Source: Candidatus Guanabacterium sedimentis (GTDB lineage: Bacteria; Acidobacteriota; B3-B38; Guanabaribacteriales; B3-B38). From it: a stretch of 48,587 bases of DNA. Shown one piece after another: positions 1-8,256 of the stretch. The stretch lies in contig CABWKN010000065.1 of assembly GCA_902505605.1 (NCBI GenBank), positions 1 to 48,587 of the forward strand, in the 5' to 3' direction. The position numbers and the translations under genes are program-made. The notes beneath the pieces were generated by a model. The model saw only the letters and a list, made by a program, of their open reading frames with translations, was not told the origin of the DNA and ran no database searches. Numbering within the stretch: position 1 is the stretch's first letter; the number at the start of each line of letters is the position of its first letter.

Positions 1-2
1 CG

Positions 3-177
3 GGGCGCATTCTCCTCTCAAAGAGTGCCATAAGTCAGCTCAATGAGAGGCTCTCACGAAGAATATGAGGCCTTCTCGAGAACTGATCTATCCGGGTATG
101 ACATAGCATATATCTTTTGTGATGCGGTGTATGAATCCCTTCGGCTCTACAAAAGCCGCAAAGAAGGCATTTTGGTG
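3..177 (+). pseudogene. IS256-family (Mutator-type) transposase remnant, frameshifted and truncated
   Basis: Frame 3 (3-56) reads GRILLSKSAISQLNERLS. Frame 1 (55-177) reads HEEYEAFSRTDLSGYDIAYIFCDAVYESLRLYKSRKEGILV. Together these resemble the conserved block around the first catalytic Asp of IS256-type transposases. A frame shift lies near 50-57, similarity is lost after 177 (stop at 214-216), and the 5' part runs off the window. Recognised from memory of the family. Confidence 0.5.
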
Positions 178-442
178 AGTTTTATTTTTCTCTTTGGTCC
201 TCCTTTTAATGGATAGATTTAACCGTTTTTGACATACCTTAGCCCAAAGCTACTGACCTCCAATAACTAGAGGCTCTAAGAAATGGCTATTTTTAGCCAT
301 TCTGGGTAGAAAACTCTCCTTTGACCTTGTGTCTTACACTGGAAATGGGAAAAGGCGAGCTAACCTGGGGATAGATCCTAAGATGGGTTTAATTTTTTGA
401 GGATGGACTGGGAAGGGTGCGAGGTAAGGATGGCGTCCGAGA

Positions 443-471
443 AAAGGGATGGAGTTCTCCCTTTATTTTTT
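443..471 (+). terminator. Rho-independent terminator-like hairpin with U-tract
   Basis: AAAGGGA (443-449) pairs with TCCCTTT (458-464), giving a 7-bp stem and an 8-nt loop. It is followed by A plus TTTTTT (465-471). No + strand CDS lies upstream. Confidence 0.5.
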
Positions 472-681
472 ACCGGCTAGTTCAAGTATGGAAACTTCAA
501 AAATTCGCATGCATCGCCATCAAGCGAGATGCGCAAAAAAGAGCAGGCCCTCTCTTGCCCTAAGCGAAGTGAAGTTTACTTTGCCGATAGGGCTGTTAAG
601 AGGAGCATTCCGAGGGAATCGGTGAACCCCTGTTTCCCCCTCGTATTTCTTATCTCGGGAAAATCTAGGAAATTGTGGGAC

Positions 682-1728
682 TTACTTCCCCCAGAAAAGT
701 CCCCCTGTTTCCTGGTAAAGTTCTGCTGGAACAGACTTTGTTTTTCCTACCGCCTCTTTCAGGGGAACCGAGATGATCTCGGTACCCCGAAGAGCCGCCA
801 TTTGACCGAATTTTCTTTCTTTCACCAGTTCTATGGCTTTGATGCCAAAGCGAGTAGCGAGGAACCTGTCAAATGCGGATGGCCTTCCCCCTCTTTGCAG
901 GTGTCCCAGGGTTACGGACCTGCTCTCTAGCCCAGTCCTTTTGGCAATCTCCTTCTCTAGCACCCTGGCAATTCCTCCCAGAAGGATATTGCCAAAAGCA
1001 TCAGTTTTTTCCTCTTTTACCACCTCCCGGGAGAGGAATTTACTTCCTTTGACTGCCTTGGCCCCCTCAGCTACAGCAACGATACTATAACTTCTCCCCA
1101 CATTTTTACGCTCAATTAAAGCCTGGCAGACTTCCTCGATATCAAAGGGAACCTCGGGAATCAAAATGATGTGGGCTCCTCCCCCAATTCCTGCTTCTAA
1201 GGTCATCCATCCGGCATGACGTCCCATTATCTCAACCACTAAAACTCGATGGTGGCTCTTAGCAGTAGTGTGAAGTCTATCCAGGGCTTCCACGGCAATA
1301 TTAATAGCAGTATCGAAGCCAAAGGTGTAATCAGTGGAAGAAAGATCGTTGTCAATGGTCTTAGGTACCCCTATGGTCTTGAAACCCTCTTCATAGAGTT
1401 TTTCAGCAACGCCCAGAGTATCATCTCCTCCAATGGCTACCAGGACATCGACTTCTGCTTTTTTTAAGGTATCCTTTATTCTTTCAAGACCTCTTTCCTC
1501 CTTAAAAGGGTTGGTGCGGGAGGTATGGAGGATGGTTCCCCCTTCCCGATGAATATCTTCTACCTTCTCTTCGGTTAAACTCTCCCACCTATTCTCTAGA
1601 ATCCCCAACCATCCATCGAAGAAACCTATTATCTCGTGACCTTCTTTTATCCCCTGAGTGACTATACCTCTAATGGTTGCATTCAATCCCGGACAGTCTC
1701 CTCCCCCGGTAAGAATACCTATACGCAT
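682..1728 (-). CDS. pfkA: 6-phosphofructokinase (PfkA family, ATP- or PPi-dependent)
   Basis: 348-aa ORF with GILTGGGDCPGLN, IGGDDT and MGRHAGW motifs. A GGAGA Shine-Dalgarno sequence lies upstream of the ATG. Confidence 0.9.
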   Translation of the reverse strand: MRIGILTGGGDCPGLNATIRGIVTQGIKEGHEIIGFFDGWLGILENRWESLTEEKVEDIHREGGTILHTSRTNPFKEERGLERIKDTLKKAEVDVLVAIGGDDTLGVAEKLYEEGFKTIGVPKTIDNDLSSTDYTFGFDTAINIAVEALDRLHTTAKSHHRVLVVEIMGRHAGWMTLEAGIGGGAHIILIPEVPFDIEEVCQALIERKNVGRSYSIVAVAEGAKAVKGSKFLSREVVKEEKTDAFGNILLGGIARVLEKEIAKRTGLESRSVTLGHLQRGGRPSAFDRFLATRFGIKAIELVKERKFGQMAALRGTEIISVPLKEAVGKTKSVPAELYQETGGLFWGK

Positions 1729-1771
1729 TGACTATCTCCTTTTTTAGCGAAGTTGAATTTATTTAAAGCAA

Positions 1772-1799
1772 ATTTTACCACAGGTCAATAAGCTGTCAA
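1772..1799 (-). promoter_or_regulatory. Sigma70-like promoter for pfk
   Basis: On the minus strand: TTGACA (1799-1794), a 16-nt spacer, then TAAAAT (1777-1772) preceded by TGg (extended -10). It sits about 45 nt upstream of the pfk ATG. Confidence 0.5.
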
Positions 1800-1832
1800 T
1801 CACCCATGTCTGCTATTCTCTGCCTGGCAACT

Positions 1833-2957
1833 CTACACTCCCAGTTCCGAACGAAGGTGCAGGAATCTAAGCACATCACCCCGGCAAAGAATTCCCTGGA
1901 CCTTCCCCTCTTCTACTACCGGAAGCTGACGGATGTTCCGACTGCTCAGTTTTGAGAGCACTTCATTACCATTATCCTCCGGAGAGGCCATCTCTAGTTT
2001 TGCCTCGGGAGTCATAATATCTTTGACCTTGGTCGAGTCCCGAAGGTCCGGGGCAACCCCCTTGATATCCTCCAGGCAGACAATACCCCGAAGTTTTCCC
2101 GCATCAGAAACCAAAAAGGCTCGTTCTCTTCTTTTAAGAACGTAATCTTCCACCAGGTTCTGAACACTCAGGTCGCTACTTACCGTCTCAAAATCCCGAT
2201 TCATCAGATCTTTGGCTCTCAGATCCTTGAGCATATCTTTCATGAGGACCTGTTGGTAACCTCTGGCTGCAGCACTGTGGATAAACCAGCCAATCAAAGC
2301 AATCCACATACCATTGAAAAAGAAACCCCTAAGAATCTGCCAGATGCCAAAAAGTATCATCAGGAAGGCAATAGCCTGCCCGGTTACAGAGGCAACTCGA
2401 GTGGCCTTTCTTAAGTTCCCCGTAATCTTCCAGACGGCGGCTCTCAGAATCCGTCCTCCATCCATAGGGAAACCGGGAATCAAATTGAAAGCAACCAATA
2501 TCCCGTTGATGAGAAATAGATAATAAAATATTGAACTTATCACTGAGCCGGGCATAAGAAAATCGACTCCCCGCGAAGAAAGCCAGAATACGAGTGCCAA
2601 TGCCAGACTGGCAGCCGGACCAGCTATGGCAATCTTAAACTCAGTCCGAGCATCGGAAGGCTCCCGGGAGATGCGAGCCAGTCCACCGAAGATGAAAAGG
2701 GTTATGCCTTTGATCTCTATTCCACTCGCCAGGGCAACATAAGAATGGCTGAGCTCATGAAGCAATACCGAGAGGAACAGGAGCAGAGCAGTTATGAGAC
2801 CCATAAGCCAGTAGGTCGTGAGAGAGAGGTCGGGTCTCATCTGAGGGAAGTAGCCCTGGGCTAAGCTCCACGCTATCAGCCCAAAGATGATAAACCAGGA
2901 GTAATTAAGAGATATCTGGATGCCAAATACTTTAAATAGCTTAATTCCTTTGTCCAT
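1833..2957 (-). CDS. Site-2 (M50) family zinc metalloprotease with C-terminal CBS pair
   Basis: 374 aa with several TM helices and an HELSH (HExxH) motif. The C-terminal ~130 aa look like tandem CBS domains. Confidence 0.85.
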   Translation of the reverse strand: MDKGIKLFKVFGIQISLNYSWFIIFGLIAWSLAQGYFPQMRPDLSLTTYWLMGLITALLLFLSVLLHELSHSYVALASGIEIKGITLFIFGGLARISREPSDARTEFKIAIAGPAASLALALVFWLSSRGVDFLMPGSVISSIFYYLFLINGILVAFNLIPGFPMDGGRILRAAVWKITGNLRKATRVASVTGQAIAFLMILFGIWQILRGFFFNGMWIALIGWFIHSAAARGYQQVLMKDMLKDLRAKDLMNRDFETVSSDLSVQNLVEDYVLKRRERAFLVSDAGKLRGIVCLEDIKGVAPDLRDSTKVKDIMTPEAKLEMASPEDNGNEVLSKLSSRNIRQLPVVEEGKVQGILCRGDVLRFLHLRSELGV

Positions 2958-3319
2958 ATACTGTGGAAATAAACCTCCTCAAAAAGGGTTGGAATAAGCC
3001 GTTTGCTCTTTAGCTCGCAGGAGATGGAGTGCCCAGCCCCTCTCTTACTGGCAAGTCAACCTGCCCTTTGTATATAACGACTCACCTATCTTATGGAATG
3101 CAGCGTAAACAGCACGGTATCGTTGCTAAGTTATTTAAATAATAACATCTAATAGCCTAAAAATCAAGCCGTAATTCAGTAGTACTCCACACTATCAACT
3201 AGGGCTACCTCATGAATAAAGACTATTTGACCTTTAAAGAAGAATCCAAAAGCGGGCTATTTGATGTGCATGGCAGAAGATATATTTTTGATGTATAAAA
3301 AGTTAATCGGCTTTTCGTA

Positions 3320-4051
3320 TTAATACTTCTTCTCACCAGAGCAGAGCAATCCCACCCTGGCGGATGTCAGAAAGCTATCCGCCTCCGTAGGGGACTCCAG
3401 GTTGCTACGGCAGGTATCCAAAAGGTGTCTGACCAATTCTCTATTCCGGGCAGTAATCTTTTTGCATACTGCTACGGCTGCGCCGAGAAGCTCCGTCTGA
3501 GGCTGCACCCGGCTCACCAGACCTATTCTCAGGGCTTCCCGGGCGTCTATGGTCTTCCCGGTGAGTATCATCTCTACGCCCCTTGTTCGACCGACAATCT
3601 GACACAAACGGTGAACACCGATAAAGCTTGGTATCAGACCGATATTCACCCCGGGAATAGCGAAGGTAGCCTTATCGGAAGCCAGGCGGATAGAACACAC
3701 TAAGGTCAGCTCCAGCCCTCCACCTATGGCCAGCCCGTTCACCGCCGCCACCACCGGCTTACCCAGCTCAACTATGCTCAACCATGTCCGCTGGATAGTT
3801 AAAAGATAATCCCTCCCGCTCATCTGGTCGAGCTCTCTGAGCTCCCTTATATCCGCCCCGGAGGCAAAAAATTGCCCAAATCCGGTGATGACCACACCCT
3901 TCACCATGCCATCACCTTTAAGATGGCACATAATCCGGCGGAGTTCGTCCAGTGCTTCCCGGTTGAGGGCGTTAAGGAACTGAGGTCTGTTGAGCCTGAT
4001 AATAGCTATTTGCTCACTTCTCTCCACCAGAACATTTCGTCCCCCTATCAT
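3320..4051 (-). CDS. Enoyl-CoA hydratase/isomerase (crotonase) family protein
   Basis: 243 aa with FFASGADIREL and GLAIGGGLELTL crotonase-fold motifs. Confidence 0.85.
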   Translation of the reverse strand: MIGGRNVLVERSEQIAIIRLNRPQFLNALNREALDELRRIMCHLKGDGMVKGVVITGFGQFFASGADIRELRELDQMSGRDYLLTIQRTWLSIVELGKPVVAAVNGLAIGGGLELTLVCSIRLASDKATFAIPGVNIGLIPSFIGVHRLCQIVGRTRGVEMILTGKTIDAREALRIGLVSRVQPQTELLGAAVAVCKKITARNRELVRHLLDTCRSNLESPTEADSFLTSARVGLLCSGEKKY

Positions 4052-4230
4052 CTGTCACCTTCTCCGTAAGAAATTCAAGGGAAATTACTTTAAAACAATA
4101 GTGCTTGCCAAATGTTAATCCATACAGGGGATAAAGTCAACGCAAAAGTCCCCCCACCTGACTCATCCTCATAGAGAAAGACCCTCTGGCATAATCCCCT
4201 TCGGCTCCCATTTTTAGAATGAGGACTATA

Positions 4231-4259
4231 TTTACATCAGAGCTACATTCTGTTAAAAT
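4231..4259 (+). promoter_or_regulatory. Sigma70-like promoter for rarA
   Basis: TTTACA (4231-4236), a 17-nt spacer, then TAAAAT (4254-4259), 38 nt upstream of the ATG. Confidence 0.4.
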
Positions 4260-4296
4260 ATCAGCAATTAATGCAATTCCGTAAGGGCTGAAGCGT

Positions 4297-5658
4297 ATGG
4301 AAGAGAGCCTGTTCCCCGAAGACTCCGAGCAGAAGGAGAAAAAGGTTGACCTCCTCGCCCCTCTGGCGGAGAGGCTTCGCCCGCTGTGTCTGGATGAGTT
4401 GTTAGGACAGGAGCACATCCTCGGACCGGGCAAGCTCCTCCGAAGGGCAATAGAGCGGGATGAAGTGCAATCGCTCATTCTCTGGGGTCCGCCTGGCTCG
4501 GGCAAAACCACCATCGCCCGGATTATTGCCAGTATGACCAACTCCTTCTTCATATCCTTCAGCGCCGTCATATCGGGAATCAAAGAGATAAAAGAGATTA
4601 TGAAGCAGGCAGAGTATCAGAAGCGGCATTATCATCGACGCACCATACTCTTTATCGACGAAATACACCGCTTCAACAAGGCACAGCAGGACGCCTTCTT
4701 ACCGTATGTGGAGAGAGGCGACATCATTCTTATCGGCTCCACCACCGAGAACCCATCTTTTGAAATCATCTCCCCTCTCCTCTCCCGCTCCAAGGTCTTC
4801 CGCCTTAAGGAGCTGAGCGAAGAGGATTTAATTACCATCCTCAACCGCGCCCTCGAAGACGAAGAGAGGGGTCTCAAGGGTTTCCATCCCCGCATTGAAC
4901 CGAAGCTCCTGCGGCAAATATCCGTCTATGCTAACGGAGATGCCCGTGTTGCCTTGAATACCCTGGAGATTGCGACGATGAATACTCCACCCGACAGAAA
5001 AGGGAACCGCAGGATAACCGCTACAGTGGTAGAAGATGCGATGCAGAAGCGGCTTCTGCTTTATGATAAAAAGGGGGAGGAGCACTACAACATCATCTCC
5101 GCCCTCCATAAAAGCATGCGCAACAGCGACCCCGATGCCTCTCTCTACTGGCTGGCACGAATGCTTGAAGCAGGCGAAGACCCCCTCTACATCGCCCGCC
5201 GAATTGTGCGCTTCGCCTCGGAAGATATCGGAAATGCCGACCCCCAGGCTCTCACCTTAGCCATCTCGGCTATGCAGGCGGTCCACTTCATTGGAATGCC
5301 CGAAGGAAACTTAGCCTTAGCTCAGGCAGCGGTCTATATGGCTACTGCTCCCAAGAGCAACTCGCTCTATAAAGCCTATGACCGGGCAAAAGAGGATGTG
5401 GAGAAGACCTGGGCGGAGCCGGTCCCCCTCCATATCAGAAATGCCCCCACCCACTTAATGAAAGGCATGGGCTACGGCAAGGGGTATCAGTATGCGCATC
5501 ACTTCAAAGAAGGAATAACTCCTATGGATTGCCTGCCCGAAAAGCTCAAGGGAAGACGCTATTACCAGCCTACTAACCGAGGATTTGAGAAAGAAATCAA
5601 AACCCGCCTCGCCTTAATAAAGGAACTGAAAAATAGCCTGAAAAAGGGAAAGAAATAA
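4297..5658 (+). CDS. rarA: Replication-associated recombination protein A (AAA+ ATPase RarA/MgsA)
   Basis: 453 aa with Walker [10 protein letters not shown], Walker [11 protein letters not shown] and the conserved MgsA C-terminal region ([23 protein letters not shown]). Confidence 0.93.
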   Translation: MEESLFPEDSEQKEKKVDLLAPLAERLRPLCLDELLGQEHILGPGKLLRRAIERDEVQSLILWGPPGSGKTTIARIIASMTNSFFISFSAVISGIKEIKEIMKQAEYQKRHYHRRTILFIDEIHRFNKAQQDAFLPYVERGDIILIGSTTENPSFEIISPLLSRSKVFRLKELSEEDLITILNRALEDEERGLKGFHPRIEPKLLRQISVYANGDARVALNTLEIATMNTPPDRKGNRRITATVVEDAMQKRLLLYDKKGEEHYNIISALHKSMRNSDPDASLYWLARMLEAGEDPLYIARRIVRFASEDIGNADPQALTLAISAMQAVHFIGMPEGNLALAQAAVYMATAPKSNSLYKAYDRAKEDVEKTWAEPVPLHIRNAPTHLMKGMGYGKGYQYAHHFKEGITPMDCLPEKLKGRRYYQPTNRGFEKEIKTRLALIKELKNSLKKGKK

Positions 5659-5733
5659 AGCCCTCCCCTCCTGACATACCCATAAGCCAAATATCATCCA
5701 CTCCCTGATTTTTGCCACATGTCCCATTTTCTA

Positions 5734-5762
5734 TTGACAAATATCAGCGCTATCTTTAATAT
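5734..5762 (+). promoter_or_regulatory. Sigma70-like promoter for the DedA-like gene
   Basis: TTGACA (5734-5739), a 17-nt spacer, then TAATAT (5757-5762). It lies only 16 nt before the first ATG (5778), so the real start may be the second Met at 5823, which has GGAGAGG upstream. Confidence 0.5.
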
Positions 5763-5777
5763 AATTTTGCTCAAACG

Positions 5778-6494
5778 ATGAGCCTGGAGCTCTTACACAG
5801 AGAGGAGAGGTCCCCGGAAAAGATGAAAACTTTAGCCTCAACAGGTCTTATATTTCTGCTGATTGCATTGATAATAGCCTCTGTCTACTTCTTACTCTAC
5901 AAGTTTGAGATTTCCCTTAAAGATATAAGAGGGTACATCGAATCCTACGACCACTTAGCCCCCTGGGTATATATGGGGGTGATAGCAGTAGCCATGTTGA
6001 CCGCCTTTACGGCAGCCTCCCCCGTAATCATCATCGGGGGGGCTCTATTCGGATGGCTCCCCGCTCTGGCTTTTACACTTTTGGGAGGAATGGTGGGGAC
6101 TTCCATAGCCTTCTTTATCGGGAGGTATTTTGGACGAGGACTGCTGGTTTATATAAAAGGTCCTTCCGTCTTAGAGAAGATTGAACAAAGGCTTCCCCGG
6201 AAGTTCACCTTCAAAGCGATACTGTTATTGCGACTGCTTCCCCATCCTCTCTATGATGTAGTAGGCTACGCCAGCGGCTTTACCAACATATCCTATTTCA
6301 AGTATATTGTGGCCACCGCATGCGGAGCCACCCCTGGTATATTCATCTTGACCTATTTTGCCAACCTTACAGAAACCCTCCACTTCCTGGTGGGATATAT
6401 TGTCTTATGGGTTGTCGTCCTCTTCATCCTGGTTTACTATTACAGAAGAACAAAATACAAAAGTGAATCGACCACTAACCAAAAGCCTAACTAA
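5778..6494 (+). CDS. TVP38/TMEM64 (DedA superfamily, SNARE-associated) membrane protein
   Basis: 238 aa polytopic membrane protein with a family-typical core (FFIGRYFGR ... GYASGFT). The start could be 5823. Confidence 0.75.
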   Translation: MSLELLHREERSPEKMKTLASTGLIFLLIALIIASVYFLLYKFEISLKDIRGYIESYDHLAPWVYMGVIAVAMLTAFTAASPVIIIGGALFGWLPALAFTLLGGMVGTSIAFFIGRYFGRGLLVYIKGPSVLEKIEQRLPRKFTFKAILLLRLLPHPLYDVVGYASGFTNISYFKYIVATACGATPGIFILTYFANLTETLHFLVGYIVLWVVVLFILVYYYRRTKYKSESTTNQKPN

Positions 6495-6559
6495 TCTATC
6501 TCGCCCTTGGCTTATATTTATCACCTATGAGAGTAGTTTAAAACAATCTTCTAATTATG

Positions 6560-6588
6560 TTGACTATCGCTGTGGACTTCTTTATAAT
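6560..6588 (+). promoter_or_regulatory. Sigma70-like promoter for the GWxTD gene
   Basis: TTGACT (6560-6565), a 17-nt spacer, then consensus TATAAT (6583-6588). AGGAG (6611-6615) lies 7 nt before the ATG at 6623. Confidence 0.6.
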
Positions 6589-6622
6589 GTTTATAAATAA
6601 AAATTAACAAAGGAGACTAATT

Positions 6623-8185
6623 ATGCCAGGCTTTATCTTTAAAATTTTCACCACTTTTCTGTTTTTTGCAATCCTTGCCGGTGTGGCTCCACCCTATGAG
6701 GCCCAGGATGAAAACCTGAAAAAATGGCATCGGGAAGAGGTAAGATACATTATCACCGACAAAGAGAAGGAAGATTACGCAAAGCTTCAAACCGATGAGG
6801 AGCGCCGGGAATTCGTCAAAGAATTCTGGAGGAGGCGCGACCCCACCCCGGCTACCGCCAGAAATGAGTTCCTCGAGGAGTATTATAAGCGAATCAGGAA
6901 TGCCAATGTCCTCTTTCGCGGTGAGGGGTTAAAAGGTTGGCTCACAGATAGGGGAAGGGTTTACATAATGTTCGGTCCTCCCGATGAGATGTATTACGAC
7001 GCCGGAGGGGGACCGATCAAAGAGGAGCACTTCCTTGAGGACGAAACTCGCCGCTTCATGCAGAACAACCCCCTTGTCTACCAGCCCCCAGGCGACCCTC
7101 ACGAATCGGCGGTAAACTGGGGGAGCATCACCTGGTTCTACCGCGACATGAAAGACGACCGGTTGGGCGCCAATGTCAAGCTGATCTTCAACAACAGGCA
7201 GGGACGATATATCCTCTCCCGCGACATCCATCTGACTCCCGAATCCTCCATCTTCAATGCTCGCCTGAGCCATGCCCCTCGTCAGGCGAGTTTCTTGGGA
7301 CAGGAGACCCTTGACGATATCAAAACCGTGGACACCAGCGTAGAGACTCAGGTGCTGACCGAAATCATCATGCACAATAATCCAAAAACCGACCTCAGAA
7401 TAGCCGCCAGACCCTATTACTTCCCCTCCAAGCAGAACGATTATGTCCCCGTCTCCTTTCAGCTCAATCCTGAAGATGTCTATTTCGACCTTCAGAAAGA
7501 TGTATATGTCAGCTCCATGAGGGTCTTTGGCTCCATTGTGCAAGGGGAAGCAGAGGAGATGAAACCGTTCTCCGACTTCTCGCTCCCTCTGGAACTGAGC
7601 CTTACTGCCGAAGAATACGCCGCCTTCAAGCAGGCTCCTCCCCCTTCCTATTGGCTGAGGTTTTTCTTGCCCCCTGGAGATTATTATCTCTACCTGGGAG
7701 TGATAAACTTAAATAATAAGAAAGCAGGAACCATAAAGGAACAGCTCAATGTGCCTGATTTCAAGAAGGAGGGTTTGCAAATCAGCAGCATCTTGATGGC
7801 TAAGGAGTTCATATCCCAAAAGGAATCTCCTTCCCAGCGAGATGCTCTGCAGGACATTCTCCCCTTAGGTCCCATAGCCTTCAAAGCCGACCTTGATAGC
7901 ACCTTCTCCCTGGAGGAGCAGATGGAGCTCTTCTATTTCGTCACCGGTTATGGGGTCAATCCCGATACCAACCGACCGTCCTTCACCATAAGTTACATTA
8001 TCAAGCAAGATGACAAGGTAATGCTCCAGCTCCCCGACCGCACCTCTTCCAGCCCCTCTATCAGCCAGCCCCTCCCCCTCAAGCTCCTTCAGCTTCCTCC
8101 CGGAGAATACACCCTGGAGATACGCCTCACCGATAACCTCACCCACCAGGAAGCCATCCGAATCCATGACTTCGTTATAAAGTGA
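6623..8185 (+). CDS. GWxTD domain-containing secreted protein
   Basis: 520 aa with an N-terminal signal peptide. KGWLTDRGRVYIMFGPPD matches the GWxTD motif. Confidence 0.8.
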   Translation: MPGFIFKIFTTFLFFAILAGVAPPYEAQDENLKKWHREEVRYIITDKEKEDYAKLQTDEERREFVKEFWRRRDPTPATARNEFLEEYYKRIRNANVLFRGEGLKGWLTDRGRVYIMFGPPDEMYYDAGGGPIKEEHFLEDETRRFMQNNPLVYQPPGDPHESAVNWGSITWFYRDMKDDRLGANVKLIFNNRQGRYILSRDIHLTPESSIFNARLSHAPRQASFLGQETLDDIKTVDTSVETQVLTEIIMHNNPKTDLRIAARPYYFPSKQNDYVPVSFQLNPEDVYFDLQKDVYVSSMRVFGSIVQGEAEEMKPFSDFSLPLELSLTAEEYAAFKQAPPPSYWLRFFLPPGDYYLYLGVINLNNKKAGTIKEQLNVPDFKKEGLQISSILMAKEFISQKESPSQRDALQDILPLGPIAFKADLDSTFSLEEQMELFYFVTGYGVNPDTNRPSFTISYIIKQDDKVMLQLPDRTSSSPSISQPLPLKLLQLPPGEYTLEIRLTDNLTHQEAIRIHDFVIK

Positions 8186-8218
8186 AGGATTAACGCTCTC
8201 AGCAATAGATAAAAAAAA

Positions 8219-8239
8219 GGGGGACTTTTTCAGTCCCCC
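8219..8239. terminator. Bidirectional intrinsic terminator between convergent genes
   Basis: GGGGGACT (8219-8226) pairs with AGTCCCCC (8232-8239), giving an 8-bp GC-rich stem and a 5-nt loop. An A8 run lies upstream and a T-rich tract downstream, so it can serve both strands. Confidence 0.75.
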
Positions 8240-8256
8240 CTTATACCTTTTTCTAC

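Noticed and set aside
529-930. Many long ORFs in the six-frame track run antisense to or overlap strong genes. Examples are 529-930(+), 6929-7543(-), 12267-13256(+), 36139-36762(+), 44081-44689(+) and 24060-24677(-).
   Set aside because: Each lies inside a CDS with clear family motifs on the other strand or frame. Their translations are low-complexity (Ser/Pro/Arg/Leu-rich) with no recognisable motifs or ribosome-binding sites. They are typical shadow ORFs.
3212-3298. A 28-codon ORF (MNKDYLTFKEESKSGLFDVHGRRYIFDV) sits in the 362-nt gap between the M50 protease and crotonase genes.
   Set aside because: There is no Shine-Dalgarno sequence and no recognisable family, and the length is within chance expectation for an AT-rich spacer.
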